Shown here in pieces: positions 49,913-58,985 of a DNA stretch of 64,000 nucleotides. Numbering within the stretch: the stretch's first letter is position 1; each line of letters starts with the position of its first letter. Origin of the DNA: an uncultured virus (IMG/VR IMGVR_UViG_3300023184_000097) (taxonomy: Duplodnaviria; Heunggongvirae; Uroviricota; Caudoviricetes); the IMG/VR virus record IMGVR_UViG_3300023184_000097, one strand, 5' to 3'. Position numbers and translations under genes: made by a program. The notes below the pieces were generated by a model. That model was not told the DNA's origin. It worked only from the letters and a program-made list of their open reading frames with translations, and did not search any database.

Positions 49913-50149
49913 CTCATTTTTAGAAAGAGCCGTATTTACTATTGTTATCGCTTTTTTTATTTGAGATATAGTTTTAAATTCTGGCGTAATATCACTCAAT
50001 TCTTCATCAGTAAGTGTTTCACATAAATAATTATATTCTTCATCATTTATTCTCCAAAGTTGTTTATACATATCGTCAAAAGCATCGGTAATACCACCGA
50101 ATCCTTTATAAACTATTTCAGTTCTGTTTTTTCTTTCAAATCGAGTCAT
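49907..50149 (-). CDS. Cassette 13 hypothetical protein
   Basis: Stops at the core TAA. Confidence 0.6.
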   Translation of the reverse strand: MTRFERKNRTEIVYKGFGGITDAFDDMYKQLWRINDEEYNYLCETLTDEELSDITPEFKTISQIKKAITIVNTALSKNEL

Positions 50150-50161
50150 AATTAAAACGAG

Positions 50162-50254
50162 TTATAACAAGGTATATGTGAAATACCTCCTAAAGTTTCT
50201 ATTTAATTTTTAAGTTTTGTGGTAAGGTACTTCACATATACCCAACCGTTAGGT
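50162..50254 (+). repeat. attC-like site 13 (93 bp)
   Basis: Arms GGTATATGTGAAATACCT / AGGTACTTCACATATACC. Confidence 0.9.
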
Positions 50255-50452
50255 TCAATCATTAATTTGTTTTGGGTTTTCTAAATCTTTGATTGTGTTT
50301 TCAACCATCCGGTTTGCGGTCCTTTTTCTCTCAGATGGTTTGACCTTTACAACATCAACAAAATCAACACCGAATTGAATTGCCGTTTCTACTAAATGAA
50401 TTAGTTCTTCTTTTAATGTTTCTATTTTTTCCATATTCCATATTTTATATTA

Positions 50453-50484
50453 CAAATATAAGAATCAGACCCGGGAATAAAAAA
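50453..50484 (-). promoter_or_regulatory. Putative early promoter pointing into the cassette array
   Basis: Minus strand TTTTTTATTCCCG-N11-TATATTTG. Confidence 0.65.
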
Positions 50485-50519
50485 TAAAATGATATATACT
50501 TTAAAGTTTATGCACAGTC

Positions 50520-51314
50520 ATGGAAGATATCAAGAAATGTAAGATATGCGGATTCGAAACAAAGTCAAATAACGGATTCGGAAGTCACATAAAACAGAAC
50601 CATAAAATAGATACCAAGGATTATTATGATCAATACGTTTTAAATGGGGAGAAGATAAAATGCAAGCAGTGTGATAGGGAAGCTTCATTTAATAATATAG
50701 CTAAGGGATACAGAGAACATTGCGGTAAAAGCTGCAGCAAGAAAGTTCAACCAAATGCTGTGGGCTGGGCTTATGTACACAAGGAAGGATATGAACCTTG
50801 GAATAAGGGTAAGCCAATGAGTGAAGAATATAAGAGCAATTGGAAGAATGGGATTAAAGATACCGAATGGGGATCAAGCACGCCATGGAATAAAGGAAAG
50901 AAGATGAGTGATGAGCATAGAACTAATTGGGAAAATTCATTAAGAGATACTAAATTCGGGAAACACCATAACGAGGAGACTAGGAAAAAGCTAAGAGTAA
51001 TTTTTATTGATAAGCTTAAAGCAATCGATAAAAAATTCCATCCTCCATATAGCAAAAAAGGCTGCGAGTACTTTAATAAGCTAATGGAAGAAACCGGGAT
51101 TAGAATTCAACACGCAGAAAACGGGTGTGAATTTCACGTTAAAGAACTTGGATATTGGGTAGATGGATATGATAAAGAAAATAACACAGTTTATGAATGG
51201 GACGAAAAATACCACTATATAAATGACGAATTAAAAGAAAAGGATAGACTAAGACAAAAGGCTATCGAGGAATTTCTTGACTGCAAGTTTATCCGTATCA
51301 GAGAAAGCTACTAG
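50520..51314 (+). CDS. Putative homing endonuclease (Zn finger, NUMOD-like PWNKG repeats, C-terminal PD-(D/E)xK/vsr-like domain)
   Basis: CKIC..H..H, PWNKGK x2, YWVDGYD...YEWDEKYH. Confidence 0.75.
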   Translation: MEDIKKCKICGFETKSNNGFGSHIKQNHKIDTKDYYDQYVLNGEKIKCKQCDREASFNNIAKGYREHCGKSCSKKVQPNAVGWAYVHKEGYEPWNKGKPMSEEYKSNWKNGIKDTEWGSSTPWNKGKKMSDEHRTNWENSLRDTKFGKHHNEETRKKLRVIFIDKLKAIDKKFHPPYSKKGCEYFNKLMEETGIRIQHAENGCEFHVKELGYWVDGYDKENNTVYEWDEKYHYINDELKEKDRLRQKAIEEFLDCKFIRIRESY

Positions 51315-51372
51315 AATCTTCTCATGACGTAAACTTTCTTACTCGCCTGGTGTAGGCTGTATATTCGATTCT
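51311..51372 (-). pseudogene. Relic duplicate of the dda helicase 3' end
   Basis: Translates RIEYTAYT(R)ASKKVYVMRRF* (1-nt deletion) versus Dda RILYTSYTRASRKLYVLRRF*. Confidence 0.85.
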
Positions 51373-51407
51373 ATAGTTAGATATATATATATATATAAAC
51401 TAACAAA

Positions 51408-52577
51408 ATGGCGAAAAAACATCATCTGATTTATTTAATATTAAATCTAGTAAATAGTAAAATCTATATTGGGTGTCATTCCACATATAATATTAATGAT
51501 AACTATATGGGATCAGGTAAATTAATTAAACTAGCTATTAAAAAATACGGAATAGAGAAATTTAAAAAAATTATATTGTATGATTTTGATAGTAGAAATA
51601 AAATGTTAGAAAAAGAAAAAGAACTAGTAAGTAACGAATTTATATTAAATGAAAATGTATATAATATCACTTTAGGTGGTGGTGGAGGGGGAAGCTGTGG
51701 AGTTGTCACGGTTAGAAATAAAAAAGGGGATACGTTTCAGACCTCAGTTAATAATCCAGAGTACTTAAGCGGAGAATTAATATTTATATCAACAGGATAT
51801 GTTACTGTTAAGGACGGGGAGGGAAAGACCCAACAGGTTTCAACCGATGATCCTAATTATCTTAATGGTGATCTAAAAAGTATACATTGTAACAATGCTG
51901 TAGGAAGGGATAAAAATGGAATTATTCGTTATGTTAATAAGGACGAATTCAAAAATGAAAAAATGACAGGTATAATAAAAGGAACAGTATGTGTAAATGA
52001 TAAAAATGGTAATAACATAAGAATAAAAACCGACGATCCAAGATTAAAAAGTGGTGAGCTAATTCATAAATTTACACATAAAGTAGTTGTTAAGGATGGA
52101 GGCAAAAATTTAATATTGGATCGAAATGATCCTCGATTTATATCCGGTGAATTACAGGGTGTTACTAAGGGAACAATACCAGTTAAAGATGTTAGCGGTA
52201 ACGGAATGAGGGTTAAAATAGATGATCCTAGATTGGAATCTGGAGAATTGAGACACGTAAGTAAGGGGATGAAAAGATCAACGGATGCTAAATTAAAAAT
52301 GAGCAATGTTCATAAAAATACCATCTGGATAAATAATTGCTTTGATAAAAATAAAAAGGTTAAGGCTGACCAACTAGAAAAATGGATATGTCAGGGATGG
52401 TGTTTGGGAAGAATCGTTGATAAAGATAAGTTAAATATCACTGACGAAAGTCGAAAAGGCATGGGAAATTCATCAAGGGGTAAAAAATGGATAAATAAAT
52501 CAAAAAAATCAGTTAGGGTTGATGTGCAAGAAATCGATAAATATATTAGTGACGGATGGAGTTTGGGTAGATTCTAA
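51408..52577 (+). CDS. GIY-YIG (Seg-like) homing endonuclease with C-terminal repeats
   Basis: LIY...KIYIGCH, YMGSG, YN; repeated VKDxxG...DDPRxxSGEL units. Confidence 0.85.
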   Translation: MAKKHHLIYLILNLVNSKIYIGCHSTYNINDNYMGSGKLIKLAIKKYGIEKFKKIILYDFDSRNKMLEKEKELVSNEFILNENVYNITLGGGGGGSCGVVTVRNKKGDTFQTSVNNPEYLSGELIFISTGYVTVKDGEGKTQQVSTDDPNYLNGDLKSIHCNNAVGRDKNGIIRYVNKDEFKNEKMTGIIKGTVCVNDKNGNNIRIKTDDPRLKSGELIHKFTHKVVVKDGGKNLILDRNDPRFISGELQGVTKGTIPVKDVSGNGMRVKIDDPRLESGELRHVSKGMKRSTDAKLKMSNVHKNTIWINNCFDKNKKVKADQLEKWICQGWCLGRIVDKDKLNITDESRKGMGNSSRGKKWINKSKKSVRVDVQEIDKYISDGWSLGRF

Positions 52578-54019
52578 AATCTTCTAAGTACATACAGCTT
52601 TCTACTGGCTCTAGTATAGGAGGTATAAAGTATTCTATTTTTTTCAATTATATTAAAATTTTGATTTATGTCATCCTCCAGAACAAATGTTGTATTGTAT
52701 GTGCTTCCCTGTGATTTGTGTGCGCTAGTGCAATAAGCATAATTCACATCAGCATACTTTCTAAGAAAGTTGTAGTACACTATCCAGCTTTTATCTTTGC
52801 CTTTCTTTTCTATAGCTCTAAGCTTTAGAATATTAGCCAGCTTTTTAAAATCCATCTCGCTGTCCTCGTGTAGAATTTGTATGTTAACCCTTACCGTTTC
52901 ATCCTCATCATCAAGATAGCTAACAACAGTTTCATAATACTTTAGTGTTATTGGAAATGGTTCGGCATCGGGTTGATCTGATATGTGATATCTAAGATCA
53001 TCGCTACCGATAGTAAAACTATCCACACTGAATTCGTCGTTGGTGTTCAGAACTATTGACTCACCTTGAATGATCGGATTGTTTGCGATTAGTTTTTCCC
53101 CAACCAATATCTTTGATCCTAATGCTTCGTCTCCGTAGATAACTTTACGAATAACATCATTCATGGTTGCAACAGTTTTATTTCTCCATGCAATGATCTT
53201 TGCATACTCAGAATCTTTTTTAAATTCATCGGTGACAAAATATCGTCTCAGTATTTCTGAGAATCCTTTTCTTGTCTCAGGAATATTGAGATTAAGAAAT
53301 TCTATTCCTTCACCTTTCTCATTTAGCTTTGTAACGGGTTCAACTGGATTTTTAGCTCTACCTAATTCAGATCTAATAGCCACAGATGATTCGATAATAG
53401 CATTATCTTTCTTCTGACGCATGATCTGTTTTAGACTAAGAGTTTTAATTCTATAGCCTGCAGCAAGCTCTTCTCTAAAAGGAATACAATCGGGTTTACC
53501 TACAGGGGGAATCTGTGCAGGATCTCCCATGCAGATAATTTTTATCTTGTCTCTGTATTTTAATACTTCTTGAAACAGATCATCATTCAGCATCGAAACC
53601 TCGTCGATAATAAGTAGCTTTACCGTCTTTATCTTTGGTTGGAAATCCCCTTGATTAACAAATTCCTGTACACCTTCTTTGGTTATCCTTTCGGTTAGAC
53701 CAAGCATTTTATGAATGGTTTGAAACGAAACCCTAGGATTTTTCAGCCCGCTGGTTTTTTTAATAACCCTCACTGATTTATTGGTTGGTCCTGTAACTGC
53801 TATTCTATACCAATTATGTGTCGGGTGTATCACCTCGAGCACATATCTGACAAGCACACTCACACAATAGGTCTTTCCTGTTCCTGCCCAACCTTTTAGC
53901 ACATAGACGCTATCATCTCCCTTATCACAAACGAAATCCCTTAAATCTTCAAAAGCTGTCTTCTGATCCGTGTTAAGAGATTCTAAATCTATTATTGGTT
54001 TTTTTTTAACTTTACTCAT
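52574..54019 (-). CDS. dda: Dda/RecD-like SF1B DNA helicase
   Basis: GWAGTGKT, IIDEVSM, GDPAQIPPV, MRQ, AHKSQGST, YTSYTRA. Confidence 0.88.
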   Translation of the reverse strand: MSKVKKKPIIDLESLNTDQKTAFEDLRDFVCDKGDDSVYVLKGWAGTGKTYCVSVLVRYVLEVIHPTHNWYRIAVTGPTNKSVRVIKKTSGLKNPRVSFQTIHKMLGLTERITKEGVQEFVNQGDFQPKIKTVKLLIIDEVSMLNDDLFQEVLKYRDKIKIICMGDPAQIPPVGKPDCIPFREELAAGYRIKTLSLKQIMRQKKDNAIIESSVAIRSELGRAKNPVEPVTKLNEKGEGIEFLNLNIPETRKGFSEILRRYFVTDEFKKDSEYAKIIAWRNKTVATMNDVIRKVIYGDEALGSKILVGEKLIANNPIIQGESIVLNTNDEFSVDSFTIGSDDLRYHISDQPDAEPFPITLKYYETVVSYLDDEDETVRVNIQILHEDSEMDFKKLANILKLRAIEKKGKDKSWIVYYNFLRKYADVNYAYCTSAHKSQGSTYNTTFVLEDDINQNFNIIEKNRILYTSYTRASRKLYVLRRF

Positions 54020-54618
54020 GGGCAATATAAAATCGTCGGATTATCCCGGTGAACATCTATTTCCGGGTATTGTGTTTTAAATTTATCCAAATTGAATGGT
54101 CTGGTTATGATATGAACACCTCCTTTGGTGGGTATAATGTTCATGATCGGTTCCTTTCCAGTGTCAACCTGAAGATCATATACTAGTTGTCTAATTTTCT
54201 TTTGTTCCCCAGAATGATTGAAAGTGTCGATAGAAATATTATCTATATCAACTATCCAAGTCTTATCAGGATCTGAATTAAATTCACCCGCACAGGACGC
54301 AAAGGCGTTCTTAACTGCACGATAATTTTCAGACATAATATGATCTACCGTTCTCTTTAAAACTTGCATAGCGACCTTCTTAGAGTCCCTACGATTAAGT
54401 CTAAAGTATGCTCTGGCATTCTCTGTGTCGCATTGATGTATAATTCTCTGCCTTAATCCATCGAACTGTTCCAGACTATAGATATAGTAGTCCGCAATAT
54501 GGATCATATCCTTCCCTAGATCAGGATTGTCCTTTCTTCTTTTAAGTATTTGAAGAAAGTAGAAAGCGTTCTCGTCAGGGAAGCTTAACATTTTTCTTAT
54601 GAGGTCAAAATTGTTCAT
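54016..54618 (-). CDS. Conserved phage hypothetical protein
   Basis: FYFLQILKRRKDNP, WIVDID, PTKGGVHIIT. Confidence 0.65.
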   Translation of the reverse strand: MNNFDLIRKMLSFPDENAFYFLQILKRRKDNPDLGKDMIHIADYYIYSLEQFDGLRQRIIHQCDTENARAYFRLNRRDSKKVAMQVLKRTVDHIMSENYRAVKNAFASCAGEFNSDPDKTWIVDIDNISIDTFNHSGEQKKIRQLVYDLQVDTGKEPIMNIIPTKGGVHIITRPFNLDKFKTQYPEIDVHRDNPTILYCP

Positions 54619-54622
54619 CTTC

Positions 54623-54853
54623 TTATTTAGTCTCCACTTTGCCATAAGTTTCTATCCAAACTTTGGCACCACATGAGAGCGGTTTATCTTTTGAGTAGAT
54701 TATCCTAGCAGCCGGGAGTCCATCCTGTCCATATATCGTGACTTCGTTTGCATAAGTGTTTGTCTTATATGTCTTGCATGTGATAACAGGTTTATTTTCA
54801 CCCTTAGCATTGACCTTGATGTTGTGTTGGTTTACGTGGATTATAGTTTTCAT
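54623..54853 (-). CDS. Conserved phage hypothetical protein
   Basis: IHVNQH...KPLSCGAKVWIET. Confidence 0.65.
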   Translation of the reverse strand: MKTIIHVNQHNIKVNAKGENKPVITCKTYKTNTYANEVTIYGQDGLPAARIIYSKDKPLSCGAKVWIETYGKVETK

Positions 54854-55101
54854 ATCAGTCTTGCTTTATTAAGAGATTCGTACCATTGATTAAATTTAGT
54901 TAATGCTTCTTTTTTAGCATTTTTTCCGCCGATACAATTTTCATAATAGTATGGGGATTTTGTTTCACCGTCAGCATGCCTAAGCCCGCTCCTTATACAG
55001 CAGTATCCATGACCTGAAGATACCTCGAACCAGTCAATCATTGTCATGTCTCCGAATTTGAATTCAGGTCTTAATTTAGTTATCTGGGTTAGTGTTTTCA
55101 T
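54850..55101 (-). CDS. Hypothetical protein
   Basis: ORF track. Confidence 0.55.
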   Translation of the reverse strand: MKTLTQITKLRPEFKFGDMTMIDWFEVSSGHGYCCIRSGLRHADGETKSPYYYENCIGGKNAKKEALTKFNQWYESLNKARLI

Positions 55102-55527
55102 TCTCTTAAGATTTTAAACTATTCATTGCTATCAAAAGTTCCCCGGCTTTTTTCTCTGTATACAATTTATTTTCATCTTTCTCTTTTTAATTTTTCCTTC
55201 CTTTGTTAATACTTAGCAATTCTACATTATACTCAAAATTCCCAATCATGGCAACTTTTTTTAAATCTTCCCCTTGGATATCATACCAACCATCGGAAAG
55301 AGGATCAGTTCCGGGTTTAACTGCATTTATTTTCCGGATGGTATTTCCTTGCCAAAATAAATTGACATTGGCTCAAGCCATTGCTCATTTCTAGAGTCCC
55401 ATATTTTTATGTTCATAATACATAGCTTCTTTGAAGCAAAAGTAATATCTGGCTACGGATAAAAAAAATGTTTTCCAAAAAAAATCCAGACTGCTGCCTG
55501 GATTTTAATTATGTTAAAATTTATTTC

Positions 55528-55779
55528 TTAGAATTCTCTAAGTCTGGTAATTGTATTCTCACTTAGTTTTTGATTTGGCTGCATAACAGGCGAGTTCTGA
55601 AGCCATTTAGAAATACCTAGAGTTTTAACTGCTGCCCTCTCATGATAAGCCTTTTGTGGAAATGCTCCACAGGTTGGACATTCTTTTTCCTGGTCCTCTA
55701 TGCTTTTTCCGCATCCTTTGCAAAAGTCCTGCCTTTTTCTCTCTGCTATAAAGCTTGTTATCGGTTTAAGTTGTTTCAT
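55528..55779 (-). CDS. Zinc-ribbon protein
   Basis: CKGCG...CPTCG. Confidence 0.6.
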   Translation of the reverse strand: MKQLKPITSFIAERKRQDFCKGCGKSIEDQEKECPTCGAFPQKAYHERAAVKTLGISKWLQNSPVMQPNQKLSENTITRLREF

Positions 55780-55780
55780 A

Positions 55781-57082
55781 TTATACGTATCTTAATGCTC
55801 TAGAAACATTGATCAATCTCTTAGTTAATCCGTCAATATCTTCGATTCTAGTTGCCATATCAACATATTGAGACATTCTATCGTTTCCTGTGATTAGACT
55901 CTTAACTGACATTGAACCTTCTTTTAAAAGGTACTTAATTAGAATTGCCTTAGCATTCTCATGTACTGCTGTCGTGTCATGTTCTTTATCAAAGAAAACA
56001 GTTTGACTTACTTCCGCAGCTGCATCGTGAAAATAGTTTGCAAGAAGATCGTTAAGCTCTTCCATCGTCTCTTTATCTTCTGCTGATGCTCTCCATCCAG
56101 GTATAACCAATTTCTCGTTTATTGATTTACCCTTTGCTCTTTTAAAAGTTCTTTTTGCGATAGCAATAAAAATCGCGTTGAACATTTCAATGTCCTCTAA
56201 TCTACATCTTAAAGTGTTTTCTCCGGTTCTAAAGTTAACTGAGTTGATTGGCATTCTTTGTGTGTTAGTAACTGTCCAAGTTTCGTAGTCAGTTTTCTGA
56301 ATCATTTGTCCGTGTGCATCTCCACCTACTAGATCTTTAATTAGATCTCCATAAAGTTCTTTAGCTCTTTCTAATGCTCTTAGATAGAAGTAGTATTTAA
56401 CTTTACCACCTTTAGAAATATCCCTTACCAGGTTAACTGCTTTACTATTACTAGAATATCTTTCAATCTTTCCTATGAAATCAAGCTCGATTAGCCTTTG
56501 CATTGTTGCCAATTGAAGTAGTTCGGTGTTATTAGGATGAGCTAATTGATCTCCTCCCATCATAGGTTTAAGTCTTTCTCTAATTTGATCAAGAGTAAGT
56601 TCTTCACCTGCTGGGTACATTTTATCAAAATCTACCTTCTCGTTAACGTCTCTCTTGCTTATAAGTGAAGCAGGGATACCGTTCTTAACTATTCTAAGCC
56701 AGATGTGTCTGAAAAGTTCTTGTGGTGTATCGAAACTAGCAAATCCGTATGTTTCTAATCCTGGTTTACTTGAGTAGTGTTCACAACAGTAATTTCCATC
56801 CTCGTTAACCCACATAGCAGTTTTAGGCATTGAGCTTCCTCTGATCTCCAATCTGATCTTTTGACCATCTAATCTCTGAACGGTTACATATAACCCTCTT
56901 TTAAGATCTCTTGCAGATGGAAGGTCTCCGTCGAAAGCATCTATTAATTCTCTTCCTGGAGGATTAAGCCAGCTTCTACTCCAATAGGCTTCACCTATAA
57001 ATTCTTCTTGATCCGAATTTTTTATAGATTCTTCTTTCCCCGAATTTTTAATAAATTCTTCGTAATTTGAAACTTTTTCCAT
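55781..57082 (-). CDS. Hypothetical protein
   Basis: 433-aa ORF. Confidence 0.75.
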   Translation of the reverse strand: MEKVSNYEEFIKNSGKEESIKNSDQEEFIGEAYWSRSWLNPPGRELIDAFDGDLPSARDLKRGLYVTVQRLDGQKIRLEIRGSSMPKTAMWVNEDGNYCCEHYSSKPGLETYGFASFDTPQELFRHIWLRIVKNGIPASLISKRDVNEKVDFDKMYPAGEELTLDQIRERLKPMMGGDQLAHPNNTELLQLATMQRLIELDFIGKIERYSSNSKAVNLVRDISKGGKVKYYFYLRALERAKELYGDLIKDLVGGDAHGQMIQKTDYETWTVTNTQRMPINSVNFRTGENTLRCRLEDIEMFNAIFIAIAKRTFKRAKGKSINEKLVIPGWRASAEDKETMEELNDLLANYFHDAAAEVSQTVFFDKEHDTTAVHENAKAILIKYLLKEGSMSVKSLITGNDRMSQYVDMATRIEDIDGLTKRLINVSRALRYV

Positions 57083-57083
57083 A

Positions 57084-58658
57084 TTATAATTTAGATTTAA
57101 TTCTTTTAGCTATGTTTTGCTCTTCTTTAACCACATTTTTCATGATTTCAACCTGAGCGGGTTTTAGAGGAAGGCTTCCTTCTGAATTAAGTTCTAAAAC
57201 GTACTTAATCTCTTCGATACCTTTTTCTGTTGCTTTTAATATATCTTCGATGTCGGCTTTAGTGTAATCGTCTCCGATAAGTCTATCGAATACATTTAAT
57301 GTTGCCTCACTGAAAATACCATATTGTTTGAATTCGTTCATGAAATCGCTCTTCTTAAGATCTTTTTTAACCTCAAAAATGATTTGAGCAACCAATCCGG
57401 AGATCTTCTCCCAGTCTTCCTGTGGCATAGCACCAGATAAGAAACCTTTCGATGTCGTTATAAGAGATTCTATAATGTTTCTAATAGTAAGACCAACCCC
57501 TTCTTTATAGTATCTTTCAAGAGCGATTTTAATATCGCACTCCATTTTGAACTTAGCCATTACGGTGTCGATTAGATCCTTAGGGTAATCAAGTCCTTCT
57601 AAAGCATCTTTTAGCGTTCTGTACTGTTTACCGTTCTTATCTCTTAGTCTACTATTAGGCCTGGTAGCATCAGTGTGGATTGATCCGTCAGGATTAACAG
57701 TTATTCCTACTAAACTGTGGATATCGGTAATAGGAACGTTTGAATTGATGATGTTGATCTGTATTCTTCCACCACCATATGACCAGAATGTTGAATCTGT
57801 TCTAATACACCAGTTGGTATCTGCACATATTGCTCTTTGAGCTTCTGGTGTTCTAGCTGATTCCACTATGTAACCGTCCTTAGCATAAAGAATTCCTGCC
57901 ATTGGACCAAGATCTTTAAGCTTCTTAAGTAATCCGGACTCGTCTTGACTCCAACCTTCAGCGAATTCTAATGAGTCTCTAATAAGATCCGCAAAAGCAA
58001 CCTTTTCGTCTCTGTACTCTGGATAAGTGGTAGTGTCATCATATTTCTTAAGCGTCCAGCAGAAAGCTTCAAATGCGCTTGACTCTTTTTTATCACCTCT
58101 TGGACTTTCTAAAACTTTCTTCTTTTTAATAAGTTCAAGCTGATTTGCAATTTCAGTAAGCTCCTTGATTTGCTTGTCCGTTGCCTTAGAGAAAGATTTT
58201 TTCATTCTAGGAGTTAACTCAGCATATAGTTTTTTAAGCTTTCTTTTTCTTTCGATATTTCTAAGATCATCACCCAAAACCTCATATCCTGGACGGATAT
58301 CATCTTCTGTGGGCTCAACTTTAGCGTAATCGTTAATGTTCATAGACAAATCCTGTCCTAAGGTTTGCTTATATTTCATTAGATTGTCAAAAATCTCTTT
58401 TAACTCTTCCATGTGAGCTTTTTGATCAAATCTGAATTTTGCGAACATTGGGGTGTAACCCGGAGATTTCTCGGTTAGATCCTTAACCTCTTTAAATTTT
58501 GGATCTTCTAGGATCTTTTTTCTTGTTTCGTCATCTATTTCGGATGTTTTAATCTTATTTTTCAGGGCATATCTCTTCAAAAGATAATCCTTAGCAGCTT
58601 GGACATTTTCCATCAGAGCTTGTTTCTCTGTAAATGTTGGGAAACTATATTTCATCAT
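57084..58658 (-). CDS. Hypothetical protein (T-x-W-C motif)
   Basis: 524-aa ORF. Confidence 0.75.
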   Translation of the reverse strand: MMKYSFPTFTEKQALMENVQAAKDYLLKRYALKNKIKTSEIDDETRKKILEDPKFKEVKDLTEKSPGYTPMFAKFRFDQKAHMEELKEIFDNLMKYKQTLGQDLSMNINDYAKVEPTEDDIRPGYEVLGDDLRNIERKRKLKKLYAELTPRMKKSFSKATDKQIKELTEIANQLELIKKKKVLESPRGDKKESSAFEAFCWTLKKYDDTTTYPEYRDEKVAFADLIRDSLEFAEGWSQDESGLLKKLKDLGPMAGILYAKDGYIVESARTPEAQRAICADTNWCIRTDSTFWSYGGGRIQINIINSNVPITDIHSLVGITVNPDGSIHTDATRPNSRLRDKNGKQYRTLKDALEGLDYPKDLIDTVMAKFKMECDIKIALERYYKEGVGLTIRNIIESLITTSKGFLSGAMPQEDWEKISGLVAQIIFEVKKDLKKSDFMNEFKQYGIFSEATLNVFDRLIGDDYTKADIEDILKATEKGIEEIKYVLELNSEGSLPLKPAQVEIMKNVVKEEQNIAKRIKSKL

Positions 58659-58718
58659 AAGATATAATTTTATATTTTTTTTTTATATGAAGATATATAT
58701 CTAAATTAAAAAACAACT

Positions 58719-58985
58719 ATGAAAGTTTTTACCAAAATAGAAGAGTTTTTGGCAACTAAGCCACAAACAGCTCCTAGCCAGCCAACTACAAAGCCAAGTA
58801 CTGCTCCAAGTACCAAGCCAACTCCTTCAAGACCAAGCCCAATCAGAAGGGACAAACCATCTGTTAAGCCAGGTACTAAAGCTAAAGCAGCTGACGTTGT
58901 TGATAGATTTATGAGGGAACTTAAGAAGGCTAACGCCCCTATAAAATTTAACATTTCAAAATTAAAACAAAAATATGAATTTTAA
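58719..58985 (+). CDS. Pro/Thr/Lys-rich small protein
   Basis: ORF after GATATATA (58692). Confidence 0.65.
   Translation: MKVFTKIEEFLATKPQTAPSQPTTKPSTAPSTKPTPSRPSPIRRDKPSVKPGTKAKAADVVDRFMRELKKANAPIKFNISKLKQKYEF

Larger units (their letters stand above)
43796..50254. mobile_element. Integron-like element: recombinase, attI-like site and 13 gene cassettes
   Basis: 13 attC-like hairpins alternate with single ORFs next to the recombinase 5' end. Confidence 0.88.

Noticed and set aside
44643..50254. CRISPR array or plain terminators as an explanation of the periodic hairpins
   Set aside because: Repeats are not identical, the intervening segments are whole genes, no cas genes are present, and the hairpins carry TAAC/GTTA cores rather than U-tails
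35782..52577. Group I introns or inteins hosting the endonucleases
   Set aside because: The nucleases are free-standing and antisense to neighbours; no intron core or intein motifs were recognised
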